DNA of 64,000 nucleotides from Callorhinchus milii (lineage: Eukaryota): assembly GCF_018977255.1 (NCBI RefSeq), contig NW_024704743.1:79238001-79302000 (forward strand), written 5' to 3'. Position numbers and translations under genes: made by a program. The number at the start of each line of letters is the position of its first letter. Positions within the stretch are counted from its first letter, which is position 1. Below, piece by piece: positions 24,227-37,480 of the stretch. Below the pieces are notes generated by a model. The model worked only from the letters and a program-made list of their open reading frames with translations, did not search any database and was not told where the DNA came from.

Positions 24227-25535
24227 GTAAATATAGACTGTATTGAACATAGTTGTGTTTTAAGTTAAATTATGGATGAATACTTGCTTTTAACCAAAAG
24301 AGTTATGCTCTCTTTCATACTCAATGTTTTCATAACTTTTTTCAATTTTAGACGGTTCCATAACATACCTCTACTATTGCTCTACTATCTATATAAAAAA
24401 AATCTGATGAAAACCATATTTATTTTCCAATGACTAAAAAGGTGAACTAAAGTTTATTTGTCTGAAATAAACTGGGACATTGTGTACCTACTTACATCAA
24501 GAGTAATGAAAAGCAGGATAGACTGAAAATCCAAAACACAGGCGATAAAAACAAATTGAGCTTAATAGTTTTTTTTCTTCCATAAAATATCTGTTAATCA
24601 ATCAGTAATGGGTGCAGAATTTCAACATAAGCCTGGCAGAAATGAGGTATGGACTTTTACAGAAAACAATGAAGCGGCTAATGAAACGGGAACATTAATT
24701 AAAATAAATACCTTAGTAGAAATAACCTTTTTAGCTAAATGGATACTGATGTATATTTTCAGTGCTATGCTTTCTCAAGGGCAGGCAACTCCAGGTAAAA
24801 TATAATAAACTAATGAACAGATAGTTCTTCTACAGCAATGGGAAGTACTTTGATCATAAAGTACTACCCTTAGATTGCCCTTCCTCTTTAACTGAACAAT
24901 TAGTTAATGCATCAAACTTCACACAATGAATTATTGTTCTTCTAATTGATTATTTTTGAATATAGAACAACCCTACGACAATGACATCCTACAAATTCTA
25001 ATGCAACAAAAGCCCAATTAATTTCCTTCCCTTTGTTTTCTTTGTTTACATTTTGTATAACCTTTAATTTTTGTTAACCTACCTGTTTGTATGTTTCATT
25101 TATATATATCTATGGTGCCAAGTTTGCAAACTCAGGGTAACAAAATGTTTCAGTACATGGCAAGGGTTGAGACCATATGGAAACAGTTTGGAAGAGCCAC
25201 ACATCTGACATTTTACTAAGTATAACCTGAGGGTTCACTAAGGACTTAATGAAAATCTTTGAACAGGATTTGTTTAATAATAAATAAAATATAAGGTTGA
25301 AATGTAACATTGTGTAGCGATCTAGTGGTCCAAATGTAACAAAACAGTTATTTATTTTTTTAAGATTGGTGAGAAACATTAAAACCTACCATACAGAGCT
25401 TGACAGTTTTGATTTATGATTTGAGATAGGGATACTTTCCAGAATGGAGTTTCCAGAGTTGTATGCCTTTATCTTCAAAGCACAGTTTAAACAGACAGTA
25501 TTTTAACTTGCAAATGTTTTTATTTCTTTGTACAG

Positions 25536-25600
25536 TACTGGGTCTGGAACCACAAAAACTGCCTTAGGCCCACGAGTCCTTCCCAAACTACCTCAAAAAG
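25536..25600 (+). CDS. ASAP1: ASAP1 coding exon
   Basis: cag|(C)TGSGTTKTALGPRVLPKLPQK|gtaata. Confidence 0.92.
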
Positions 25601-25904
25601 GTAATAATTTGGAGTTCAAAGAATATTAGATGAGTTTAATGTTTAAATACTTACAATTGTAACAAACCAAATCAATAATCTAGCATATTTTGCTCAATGT
25701 AAATTTTTCTATTGGTTCAGTCTAGTATACATTTATCAAATAGTCAAACTCCGGTATAACTCAGTGGTTTATAGCATGGTCGCACTGTGGGCTTGGGTTA
25801 GGGTAACACCAACACAAATTTCCCTACATAGTCTACATGTACAGCATGCAGGAGGTGATGCCAGCTGCACATAACGTTTGCAGTGGCCAATGAGTAATGC
25901 CAGT

Positions 25905-26130
25905 AATATACAATACAAAGTAACATTTGTAAAGCATCTTTCACTTCGGGAGGACATCCCAAGGCACTGGACAGCCAGGGATTTGCACCTGAGCTGGGGA
26001 TCAGGATCAGGGAGTGTGAAGGGTAGGAGGGTGGTTGAAGAGGAGAGTTTTGAGACGCGCCTTGAAGGAGGGAGAGAGGCAAAGGGAATGTGAAATAGAG
26101 TTCCAAAGGATGGGGCAGAAAGTCTGATAG
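25905..26130 (-). mobile_element. L2 3' fragment
   Basis: Tail CTTCGGGAGGACATCCCAAGGCACTG and ORF2-end similarity. Confidence 0.8.
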
Positions 26131-26926
26131 CTATGGTTTCAAAAATGCATTGATGCATCAATTTCTTTTAAAAGCTGAATACTTAAAATGTACTTTGTAC
26201 TATTAATTATAAGTAGGCTTTCAGAAGTTGGTACATGGTATGTACATAACACATGGTGAAAAAATGTTTCACATTTTGCTGAGAAATAATTAAATATTTT
26301 GGAGGTGGATTAAGTGGAAATAGTCTTGTAGCATGAGAATGCTAGAATGTCCTGTAGGGCAAAGGTACAGGGTTCACGTGCTAGCCTCAACTGATGTTTA
26401 ACTTCTGCCAACCTCAGTGAGTGACTGGTATTTTTGTTTCTGTTTGCCAGTTCTCAGTCAGGTCAGTAGATTGAACATCTCATATGAATTCCTGCTCCTC
26501 GGAGAACAGGAATCTGAAGGAGAAGGACTTGTCCCACCAAATAAAGCTTGTCTTCTGTCAGCTAACATTGCTGATGATATGACTATGATGATGATAGTCC
26601 TTGGTCCATATTGCCTAAATATCCTAGCTGAAAAACTATGAAATTCATGGGAACAGAAAGAAGTTGCTTCTTGATTTTTTTTATTTGAATTAGTTGAAAT
26701 TAAAACTTTCACACGAGAATGTGATTGAGTTGTATTTCCGTGTTATCTGTTTTTTCTTATTCAAATAATTTCCAAAAGCTCTTTGCTAAGGGATAGAGTA
26801 ATCTATCTAGAATATGGGACGTCCTCCCGACGTGAAAGGCACTATACAAATGTAATCTTGTTGTTTTATACCAAGGTTGTCACATTTTGCCAATTTTTAA
26901 CATAATTGTACCAATTTTATTCTTAG

Positions 26927-27618
26927 TGTCCCTGAGAAAAATTGATAGCGTCCATCATGCTTCAGTGGACAAATCTGGTTCAGATACCTTTCAGAAGTCA
27001 ACACAGGTCGGAGATTTGCCACAAAAGCTGCAGTCTGTGGACGTGCCCCAGAAGCCGCATGTTATAGACTTGCCCCAGAAGCCACACGTTGCAGATTTAC
27101 CCCAGAAGCCACATGTTGGAGATTTACCCCAGAAGCCACATGTTGGAGATTTACCCCAGAAGCCACATGTTGGAGATTTACCCCAGAAGCCGCATGTTGC
27201 AGATTTACCCCAGAAGCCGCACATTGCAGATTTGCCCCAGAAGCCGCACATTGCAGATTTGCCCCAGAAGCCACACTTTGGAGACTTGCCCCAGAAACCA
27301 CACCTTGGGGACTTGCCCCCGAAACCACACCTTGGGGATTTGCCCCAGAAGCCTCATCTTGGGGATTTGCCCCAGAAGCCACAGTTAAAGGAACTCCCAC
27401 CAAAGCCACAACCAGGAGAGATCCCTCCAAAACCCCAGGTAGGCGAAGTCTTCCAAAAGCCCCAGCCTGCAGAGGTTTCTCAAAAGCCACCGGCTCAAGA
27501 GATTCCTCCAAAACCACAGACAGGAGACACACCACAGAGACAACCGTCCGAGGAAGCAAATGGTACATCTCCCAGTCTACCTGAGACCCCTGTGCCCCTT
27601 CCTAGGAAGATAAATACA
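26927..27618 (+). CDS. ASAP1: ASAP1 coding exon carrying the D/ELPxKP tandem repeats
   Basis: tag|(V)SLRKIDSVHH...DLPQKPHVG repeats...LPETPVPLPRKINT|gtgagt (inside ORF 26887..27675). Confidence 0.95.
27013..27552 (+). repeat. Coding minisatellite, about 20 x 27 bp (9 aa)
   Basis: Unit GATTTACCCCAGAAGCCACATGTTGGA, near-identical in the centre and diverging at both ends. Confidence 0.93.
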
Positions 27619-28511
27619 GTGAGTTCTAAACTGTTTGTTTTTGTCATGATGAATCGCATTTACACAAGGAATTGAAAAGTTGAAGGGAAACAAAGGAGGA
27701 AATCAAAATTAAAGAAATCCTACATGCATCACATTAGAAATGCTAGTAATTAATTAACAAGGCACTCTCTATGTTTAGTGAAGAACATAAAGAACAGCTT
27801 TGGTAATTCTTGTTGCAATAGTAGGCTGATATGGGATGCAGGAATCGTCTTGCTGGATGTTGCAGGGCTGCTCTGCTTAGATTGGGGTTGAGGCACATTG
27901 TTGGTACAGTATACTTTGCTCAAACTGCTGAACCTTACTGGGGAGGCTCAATGCGAGATGCCTGAAATGGTAAGTGTTCCATTTCCCAGCAGAATATATC
28001 CCACTCTGAGGAACACAAGATCCACACAAAAAAATGGAAAATTCACACTTTTGTAAATCAGTATCTCATAATTTTACTCTGAGCCTGTTCCTCCTTCAGT
28101 TTCACAGTATACCAAAATATTGTTGAAACTGAAGATATGATTTCTTCAGGAAACCGAATAATATTGTCTGCTCAAGCATGGTATCTCACGATTTGCCTAA
28201 TGTGTCTAGGATCCTGAACCTATGTAACAGTTTCCAGCAGGGCCAGTAGGTCTCTTGATATTCAACATGAACCTGTTGATGTGACATGCTAATCCTAATC
28301 CTTTTATTGCCCAAAAGTGAAGTCCCTTTTTGTTTTCTATGTTTTTCTATGTCAACCTGAGAGAATGCAAAGGAACACTAGGAAATCCAGATTATCCTAG
28401 TTTTTGTCGTGGGACTGAAAAGAGTTTACTAAATGTAAATGTAGGCAGTTAGAAAGGCCTTTGCAATCCTGGAATATATGCTTGGATACCATGTTCTCCT
28501 TAGCTTGACTT

Positions 28512-29113
28512 GCCAAGACCCTCATACGTGCTTTCATTACATTGAGATTTGACTATGCAAACTCATTGCTCGTCGGCCTCCCCAACTCCTCCCTCCACAG
28601 GCTGCAGATCATCCAGAACTCTGCAGCCCGTGTCCTCTCCCGCACTAGGTTCCGTTATCCTATCACCCCCATCCTTGCCCGACTCTACTGGCTTCCCATC
28701 GCACAGAGGATACAGTTCAAGATCCTGGTCCTCAACTTCAAAGCCCACCACGGTCTTGCTCCCCCGTACCTCTGCGATCTCCTAACGCCCACTACCATCC
28801 TGCTCACTTCCTCTGCTCAGCGGGCTCCGGCCTGCTTCACATCCTCCGCCTCGCTCACCCTACTATTGGCGGGCGGGCCTTCTGCCACTCTGCCCCCACC
28901 CTCTGGAGCTTCATCCCGCAGTCCCTCTGCCTCGACCCCTCTCTTGCCACCTTCAAGACCCATCTCTTCGACCATGCTTTTGATCTCTGCTTCCCCTCCC
29001 CCACCATCCACCGTCCCCAACTCCCAGCTCGGGTCTGAAACTCTTGTCTGTCCAGCGCCTTGGGATGTCCTCCCGACGTGAAAGGCGCTATACAAATGTA
29101 ATTTTGTTGTTGC
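28512..29113 (+). mobile_element. L2 3' fragment
   Basis: [29 protein letters not shown]...; tail and (TTG)n. Confidence 0.9.
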
Positions 29114-29664
29114 TTTCTTTCACTGGAGAAGGGAAAATGAAATACATCTTTGCCAAACATCATTTGCCCACAAACACACAGTCACACCACTTTACTGTAT
29201 ATCCTGTGAAGCACTTTTGGATATCCTCCAGACCTGAATGGCCTTATACAAAATGTAAGGAATATTATATAATGACAAACACAAGTCTCTCAGAACAAGG
29301 ATGGGAGAAAAACAAAATAAGAAAGAGCAGAAGGAAAACTCATTAATAGTATTTTATTGCTTGTAACAGCCTTGTTTCGCTGATGAACTGACTGAAACAT
29401 TTGATTGGTCATCCTGTGAAAAAAANCTATTTTGATGATATTATACAACAATTCACCATTAGAATCATTTTTTTGATTTAACACCTTACATATTAAAAGT
29501 TAATTTAAAGATAATAGCATCATAAATAACATTCTATAAACCCTTAAATCCTAATTGCTTTTGTCCAACAAGAAATAAAAGCAGAGTGTTCCTCAACAAT
29601 TTTTGGGGGGTTTTGAGGGTCTCATTTTTCTAGCTGAATGCTTGCAAAATAATTACTTTGGGAT

Positions 29665-29987
29665 TGGAGTCCTGTAGCTCAGTGGTTAGAGCACTTGCTT
29701 TGCAAGTGAGAGACCTGAGTTCAATTCCAGGCAGAGGGCGAAACCTTGGGCAAGTTTCCTTACTCCACACTCCTAATAATAATCCCTCCAAAAAACAAAA
29801 ACAATAATTAAATTGGTAATTTTCAATCTATGACTGTTGTGGGACATTGCTGTGCGCAATTGGCTGCCGCGTTCGCCCACAAATATACAGTCAATTCACT
29901 TTACAGTGTGTTCTGTGAAGCGCTTTGGGACGTCCTCCTGATGTGAAAAGCGCTATATCAAATGCAAGGATTATTATTATTATTATT
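29665..29987 (+). mobile_element. tRNA-Ala-headed SINE, full length
   Basis: Same family as 2957, with intact GTTCAATTCCAGGCAGAGGG; ATTGG on both flanks. Confidence 0.92.
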
Positions 29988-30054
29988 GGTCATGGATTCC
30001 TGTACTTTACACATTTTGTGTGAAAGTGCAATACAATACAAAGTTACATTTATC

Positions 30055-30547
30055 TTAAAACTCATAAGTCGCATCAGTTGGGATTGTAATATTTAATATG
30101 ACTTGTGTGAAGTTCGAGTTGCAGGTAAACTATAGAAGTTGTATGAAATCCGATTTAATCCATAATCTACACTACGCATGCATAATTCAAAGTGCGTATG
30201 CGGTGATTGATCAAGACTACATCATGATCCGTCATTGCATGTGTACTTACCAGCAAGCGTTGGAATCGCATTGAATCGTGGGAAATTAAGTTCTTCTGCA
30301 CATGATCAAAACTAAGTTTCCCACAATTTAATGCAGCCGGCCGATAAGTGTGCATGTGTAGACAGATCAAGACATCGTTTCCCGCAACTAGTAAGAGTAA
30401 TGGAGGGCAAGGGAGCAGGGTTGGGAGGTGACTAATATGAGTAGTGCAAAGAAGTGGTTTTGAAAGTAAACCGAATGGGACTTGGGTGAATGTCCAATTC
30501 AGGCAATTGTGCAATTTATAAAGATAAGATTTATGCGAGTTTTGCTG
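30055..30547. mobile_element. Tigger/pogo-like MITE, uninterrupted copy
   Basis: Ends AAAACTCATAAG ... TTATGCGAGTTTTGCTG; internal GTGGGAAA..TTTCCCAC palindrome; colinear with 3947-4150 plus 5980-6300. Confidence 0.7.
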
Positions 30548-30657
30548 TCTTTGACGTCAGGGGGGATGTCCTGTGGCGCTTACCAATCCTGACCAACAAT
30601 GAAATTGCTAATTACAACAGAGATGTATTTTTTAATCAACTTTGATTTCCTTCCAAG

Positions 30658-30780
30658 GCAAAGACCAAGATTCGCCGAGTAAAAACTATCTATGACTGCC
30701 AGGCAGATAACGATGACGAGCTTACATTTGCTGAAGGAGAAGTTATCGTTGTAACAGGGGAAGAAGATCAGGAGTGGTGG
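30658..30780 (+). CDS. ASAP1: ASAP1 coding exon (SH3, N-terminal part)
   Basis: aag|AKTKIRRVKTIYDCQADNDDELTFAEGEVIVVTGEEDQEWW|gtaagt. Confidence 0.96.
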
Positions 30781-31616
30781 GTAAGTGTCAGTAATGTTTA
30801 CTTGTCATCTTCCAGATATATATTCTATCTTGAGATAGAGCCTTCCTTTGTAACATTTTATTGTCTGAAAAAAACACTGATGCACAGCAGGTCAACCAGA
30901 AAGGATAGTTACCGTGGAAGGGAGTTACGCAGGGAGTTCAACTGGCTCTTGTTAACCCTCCAAGCCAAAGCCTTAATGAGAGGGTGGTCTTAGCTGGACA
31001 GCTTTCCAGAGAGTGCTCTAGATGGCACATTTTGGGGTTTGAGCTGGTTAAACTCGAGCAGAACCCCATTGCACATTCTAGTGTCCCCAAGCCAACCTGG
31101 ACCTAAAACACTCCAGAATTGGATAAGCAGGAGCATCCCTCAGGGAGAGAGTGTGCACCCTTACCAGACATGTGGAAATTTCCATGTGTAGGTGTAACTC
31201 TCTGGTTTGGATACTCTTTAAGTATGGTGATGGGTTCTGCATTTGTCAAAAACCCAGCTGACCAACAAAATGTATTTGTACCTAGACATTTGACTTCCTG
31301 TTAGAGGATCGTTTGGGCTGCAATACACATCATCCTCACCATGTTCTATAAAACTTAGCTTCATCTTACCATCCCCAAAAAGTCACAGGTAGAGCCAAAG
31401 AAAGGATGTTTCTCCTGTTCTCCTCCACATCCTCTCTCTCTCTTCCCCCACCCCAGCCATATCTAGTGCTAGCACATCAGAATCTAGAAGTGTTTGGAGA
31501 TTTCCTGTGCTCGAGAGTAAGAAAGTCTACAGGGTTGGAATTATTTCTCTGTGTGCCTGCACAGTAAATGTTTAATTTTAGATATTAAATCTTTGTACTT
31601 TTCTTAATTTTAACAG

Positions 31617-31691
31617 ATTGGTCACGTTGAGGGGTATCCTGACAGAAGTGGTGCTTTTCCCGTGTCCTTTGTGCACATATTATCTGATTAA
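31617..31691 (+). CDS. ASAP1: ASAP1 last coding exon (SH3 end, stop codon)
   Basis: cag|IGHVEGYPDRSGAFPVSFVHILSD TAA; the 15 exons total 2383 nt and stay in frame. Confidence 0.96.
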   Translation: MGHVEGYPDRSGAFPVSFVHILSD

Positions 31692-34670
31692 TGAACCATG
31701 AGATCCAGCGTCTCACGTTCAAGCTGTGGGGCACTTCATTTGATGTTGTAAAAGCGGTTGCAGCCTGCTTATTCCTGTGCATATTTTGTATATAGCTGAT
31801 GTTCAAAAGGTCATTTAAGGTTCACCTTGTGAGGTGATTATGTACTGTATATACTATGTTATTCTGCCTTTTCCAGTATTATAATAGCCTTGGAACCTGG
31901 CGCGCCTTATTCGTTGTACTGCAGCCATCCATGGCATCTAGCACTTACTAATACTGTCAATGGGATATATCTCCTGCCTGCTTGTCTGATTATAGACAGA
32001 CACATTTAGGATTTTAACTGTTTAAAGCTTGACTTTTATTGATATCATCTCAGTATTCAGATTACAATTACAAAAATAATGGTTTTGGTGAGGATATGTT
32101 CAGCTTTCAGTTTGCACTGGCCCCCTTGCTCCTTATGCTTTTAACATGGATGCTGTGCATACTGTTCTTAATGTACCTGTGGGATTATATGTGGTTTTAA
32201 TTGTATGCAGTGGTCAGGCAAATTTATCTATAGAGAGAATGACTGGAAATGTTATTGAAAGTTTTTACCTCGTTCCGAGGAGACTTGCTAAAATTCCGCA
32301 CATTGGTTGGTGTTAGTCGTTATAGCAGATAAACATTTTGACACAATTCAGAGTTGCTCTGATGGTTCTGTTGAGAATTCAGTGAAAATTAGAGATAGGT
32401 CTGCAGTTTTTTTAAAAGTCTGGTGTTAAGATTTAAGAGCTATGATTGGGTTACCTTTTCAAGAGTTAGGTTGTTGAGGATGAGAAATTAAATTAATCAT
32501 CTGTTCACTTTTTGAAGCATTGACCTAAACAAAGATGCTGAGTGGGCCAAGCACCTTTATGTTCATTAATGCAATTTCTCAGTGTAAACTAAAGTATGCC
32601 AGTACAGTTTGGATGTTTCTGAAGAAAGTAACTATTTAAAAACTAGCGTATTAAGGTTCACAGGACATTGGCAACACACGAGTCCATTTGAGACTGACAG
32701 AATAAAAGGTGCTGTCCAATGCAGCAGAGGTGGTTGTGCTAATAGAGTTGACACTTTTTTTTATGGTAGGACTACCTGGGCAGGTTTCAAAATTGGCAGT
32801 TAGCTATATTAACCCTAATCAAGCAATAGCAATGCAGACGCAAGATGCACATTACAGACACGCACAGGCGCACGCACAGGCACACATGCATAGGCTCACA
32901 CACGCGCGTAGATATACACACATACATATAAATGTAATTATTTTCTTATGAAAGGTGTGCAGTTATCAGTTTTAAAGTATACTTCATTGTAAATATGTTT
33001 ACAGACCTTTTGAAACAGTACATTATCAATGCATGTGAAACTATTGTGTAAGCTAAAGATGCAACAACATTGTTCTGAAATCCATTTTAAATCTTCCCTC
33101 TTTCTCCATTTGTCACCTAAAGTCAACTACCATTATACTGTAATATGCTATGTGACAATAGAGGTAAGGCGTGGAGAGTTGGTGATCCACTAGGTTATTG
33201 AGAAAGAATGTACAAAATTATTTGTATTGTGGATAATTGGCAATGAATAGTTGCTCAACTTTAAATCTTTTTTTAAAATTGTCTTGTGGTTGTTACATTG
33301 TATAGATGAAAGAAATTGCATTATTTGCACAAATCTTGAACTGGTTAGGGAACAAAGTGACACCATGGATCTTAGTTTGCTTAAGGCTTTGATAACTGTA
33401 CACTTTTACAATCATTATTGATATTGCATTATTTCAACTTATTTTAGGGACCAAAAAAATAAATACAGTTTTTACATTTCATACTTGAGGGGTAGGCCTT
33501 GGTGTGCGATCCTTAAAATATTCAGTAAACTGAGTTACGTTCATCTCCAATGACAGTAACTGATTATAGAATTCTCTGAACAATGTAATTTAATTGTTAA
33601 TAAAGGTACATATTCCTATTAGTAGATTTAGATGAAAACAAGTCAAAACGTGTAATCACCTGTGTTGAGTCGAGACTTCTGGCCTGGTGCTGTGGTGGTC
33701 TTGCAGTTTATTGACTTGTTTATGTAACTAACCTGTTGCCAGTACAGATCCTCTTGTCTTCATTGCAAATATAAATTTCCAAAGCCACGGAATATAGCTG
33801 GCTCTCAAACTGTTTTAAAGCAATTTGAATCCTTCGATTATTGTTGTCTTGCTCGAAGGGGAAACATGCACAAGTTACTGATCATAGGCTTTATGACTCC
33901 TCCCAGTGCATAAATTCACAAATTGAGTTCCTGCATATAACGAGCAGAGAATTAACCAAACTACACCAAGTGATCATGAACAGCTGAAGATTTGCATTAA
34001 ATTGAGCATTTTCAGAAGTTTGAATTCTGATTGGATGTACATTCCGCTTAAAGCCACAATTTTATGCTGTAATTTCAGATGATTTGCTTTATATTTTGAA
34101 GTAATTGTTATAAATGCATAAATTATAACCGCAAGCCAAATGATAAACAGCTATTGTGGGTTTGGCATTTCCCTTTAGTTCTTTTAATAATGTAATCCAT
34201 TTTATCCTGTATTATGTGTTCCTTAAAACTGTGTATCGGGTGGTACTGACAGCCAACTGGACATGAAATTGTGTGATTTGACTGCAGTTTACCATATCTC
34301 ATGTATTTCCAGTTTGATTTTTTTTAATTCTGTAAAACATTTTGTTATGGGAAGATATTTAAAAAGAACAAAACTGTTGTGTTCTGATATTGTTACATTG
34401 CAACATAAAATCCTGTGACATGTCCTAAAAGCTGAATGTAGTTATTTTTTTCATTCCTGTCTTTCTCTTTCCCGCCCACCCCCCATAAAACAAAACATAT
34501 GAATGCAAATGCTTCTTGCGTGTTTTAGTTCCAAAAGTATATATACAACTGATATGACAGTAAAAATTGCAGTATAACTTTTCCATGGATTTTCTTAATT
34601 TCTTCTTGTGTGCAAGGTTGATAACAGTGCAATGAACAAGAGGAATAAAGAAAACAGTTACAATTTCACA
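31692..34670 (+). other. ASAP1: ASAP1 3' UTR (end approximate)
   Basis: AT-rich, no recognisable TE until about 34970; AATAAA at 33458, 33599 and 34644; true cleavage site not determinable from sequence. Confidence 0.65.
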
Positions 34671-35429
34671 CTGTTATGTAATTTTACTTTATATAACAAG
34701 CAGAACTGGTGTGGGTGTCAGCAGTAAGGACTAAAACACAATACCACATTCCAACAAATTTGGATTAAACAGATTGAATTTTAAATTACAGAAACTCGAG
34801 GTTCTACAATTTGAATCTTAGTTTTGGTCGTTTAGTATTGTCATAATTCAAGTACGGTCTGGTTTCTTTTTATATATTGAAATAAATATGATGATGTATT
34901 TCAAGCAGGATCTGTGGTACAACCAAATACATTTTCACAGTGATAGCTGCAATCTCCTATTGATCTACATTTCGCCCACAAATATACAGTCAGTTCACTT
35001 TACAGTATATTCTGTGAAGCGCTTTGAGACGTCTGGAAGATGTGAAAAGTGCTATATCAAATGCAAAGATTATTATCATCTAGATTTGTATTGGTTAAAT
35101 AGGGTTTGAATATATAATTGCGTGGACAGAAATATCTGTACATGTGGGGGGAGGGGGAAGTCAATTATGAGTCACTGTCTATTGGTCAATTAAATACCTA
35201 TTTGTGGTACTAGTTTCTCACAGTAAGACCTTTTGTAAACATGCTTATAAATCGGTTAGCTCCTGTGTAACTTTATCCCAAATCATACCATAAAAAATTG
35301 GGTATGGGAGTTTAACCACAAACAATTATTCCTCTACAGTGTTAAGGAAATGTGTCAATCATCTTAAATGAATTCAACTTTAAATCATAACCACAAACAC
35401 TTTTTAATGCAATGCAATACTGATAATAG

Positions 35430-35697
35430 TTGTTAAAAGAAACAGAGGGGAGGTGAGGAGAAATTTTTTCACACAGCGATTTGTTCGGATCCAGAATGCA
35501 TTGCCTGAAAGGGTGGCGGAAGCTAATGCGATAACAACTTTTAAGAGAGAAGTAGATAATTATTTGTGGAGAGCAAGTTTGCAGGCCTATGGGGAGAGAG
35601 CGGGAGAGTGGGATTGAATTGGATAGATCTTTTCAAAGAACCGGTACAAGACACGATGGGCCTAATGGCCTCCTTCTGTACTATATAATTCTATGAT
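35430..35697 (+). mobile_element. CR1 3' fragment
   Basis: RGEVRRNFFTQR..NALPERV; 3' end GGGCCTAATGGCCTCCTTCTG..TTCTATGA. Confidence 0.85.
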
Positions 35698-37286
35698 TAA
35701 AGTCTGAAATGGGTAAAAAAAACTTTTTGGTTCATCACAGACCCCAAACAATCTCCTGAAGAAAAGTTCTCACTAATCTCAAAAGCAAAACAACAAAGAC
35801 TCCAGAATATTAATCCATTTCCCTTTTTTCCTCCCTCCAAATCATCATTCAGCCTTAACTTCCACCCAAATATTTCTCCCAAACTCAGAAGGCAGCACCT
35901 CGCTTTGAATGTTTGCTCATTTATCTAAACCCATTTAGCCTCAATCTCTAATTAGCAAATTGGCCTCTATGTTCACTACAAATAGTCAATCTACATACAG
36001 TAAATCCACTGAAGCACTTTGAGACATTGGCCACGTGATAAGGTCCTACATCAGATGTGAGATTTATTATTTGAAAATACTACACCATCACCTATTGAGT
36101 TACTGTTGATTTTGTAGCATTTTTATTCCAATATGGTTTGATTTCACTAAGAAATTAGATTTAAGAAAGTTTTCAAGCTAGTTCTCAATCTTTCTCTATT
36201 TACCATATACATTTTTATTGTGCCTTCCTCAAAATGTCTCAAAGTTGTGGGGCAAGGCCAGAGTTGGTTCTTACTGCTTAACCTCTCACCAAGTCAATTT
36301 CCGTATCTGGTTGTCCAGTGTTTAATTGCTTGCATTATTGAAAGCTTTGAGATTGTCCAGCGACCCATTAGACAAGCACAGAACCCTTGAGATTCAATCT
36401 CACCTTGAAGTTTAGAGTCAGCATGTTCTCACCCACCCAACCAGAGATGGAACACTGACCACCTTGGGCCCAGTCTTTTGGATGTCAACAGTCACGTTCT
36501 TCCACACCTCGAGCTGCTTGTAGCTCTATGGGGGTTGGGTGACAACAGACTATTACAACAGACTATCAGCTGTTACATCCCCACAGTGAGTGCTAACATG
36601 GTATGTTGTTGAGTCTGACCAGTCCTGGAGACTCTTAGCTTCACACACACCACGGGTAGGGGTGACAACCAGCAGAACCGTTTCAGCCTGGGGAGGGAGG
36701 GGGGTTTACTTAAAGAAATACAAATAGTGGAGCCCACAACCATGTATGTAGCTCATACCGACTTGAGATATCTATTATGGTGAAGTAGTATTTCTGGGAG
36801 TGAAATTTGCAGAGTGAATGACCTATTCAGCCTTCAATGTATCCAGGATCCAGGCATATTGGAAAGAACGCTTCCCGATCTCCAGCAGACGAAGGGATTT
36901 TCATTCCTGCCTTTCTTTCCCGCATGCCCCATAAAACAAAACATATGAATGCTGCTGCTTCTTGTGTGTTTCAATAGAATTTCCATTACAGTGTTCAGTC
37001 AAAAAGTATAGTGAAGTGAAATTTCCACTTCAACATGGAGGAGCTGAATGAGCTGCGCCAAAGGTTTCAATGTCTTTCATGCTTGTTTGTATCTCAGATG
37101 AGAGCGATCATTAAGACTGTGTCAGAGGGTGGTTGAATGGTGTGACTGCTGAAGGCTACAACAAATGTTAATGTTTCAAGACGGTTTTAAAAATGAAAAC
37201 TTGACCCGTGACCCAGCTTGTTCCAGCTTCTCAATAAGTCACTACTCAATCCCGCCACGTGTGTAAATGAGGTGACCCATCATAAT

Positions 37287-37480
37287 GGAGTCCTATAGTA
37301 TGGTTAGAGCACTCGCCTCGCAAGCAAGAGGACCTGGATTCGATTCCCAGGCAGAGCGAAATGTTAGGCAAGTTTCCTTGCTCCACACACTTCGGTTAAC
37401 TTGCAGTAAATAGGAACCCGGTTGTTAGTCGATTGTGGTCACTTTGCTGAGGGTAATAATCCCTTCAAAAATACTTCCTG
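37287..37480 (+). mobile_element. Diverged tRNA-headed SINE (variant subfamily)
   Basis: GGAGTCCTATAG..GGTTAGAGCACTCGC..GATTCGATTCC head; AGTAA..GAACCCGGTTGTT segment shared with the copy at 50938. Confidence 0.75.

Noticed and set aside
27013..27552. Regular repeat array as CRISPR-like, and antisense CGFWGKS ORFs
   Set aside because: No unique spacers; it is an in-frame coding repeat of ASAP1 and the other ORFs are shadows of it
32854..32930. Alternating purine-pyrimidine tract in the 3' UTR
   Set aside because: Degenerate (CA)n microsatellite, common in vertebrate UTRs
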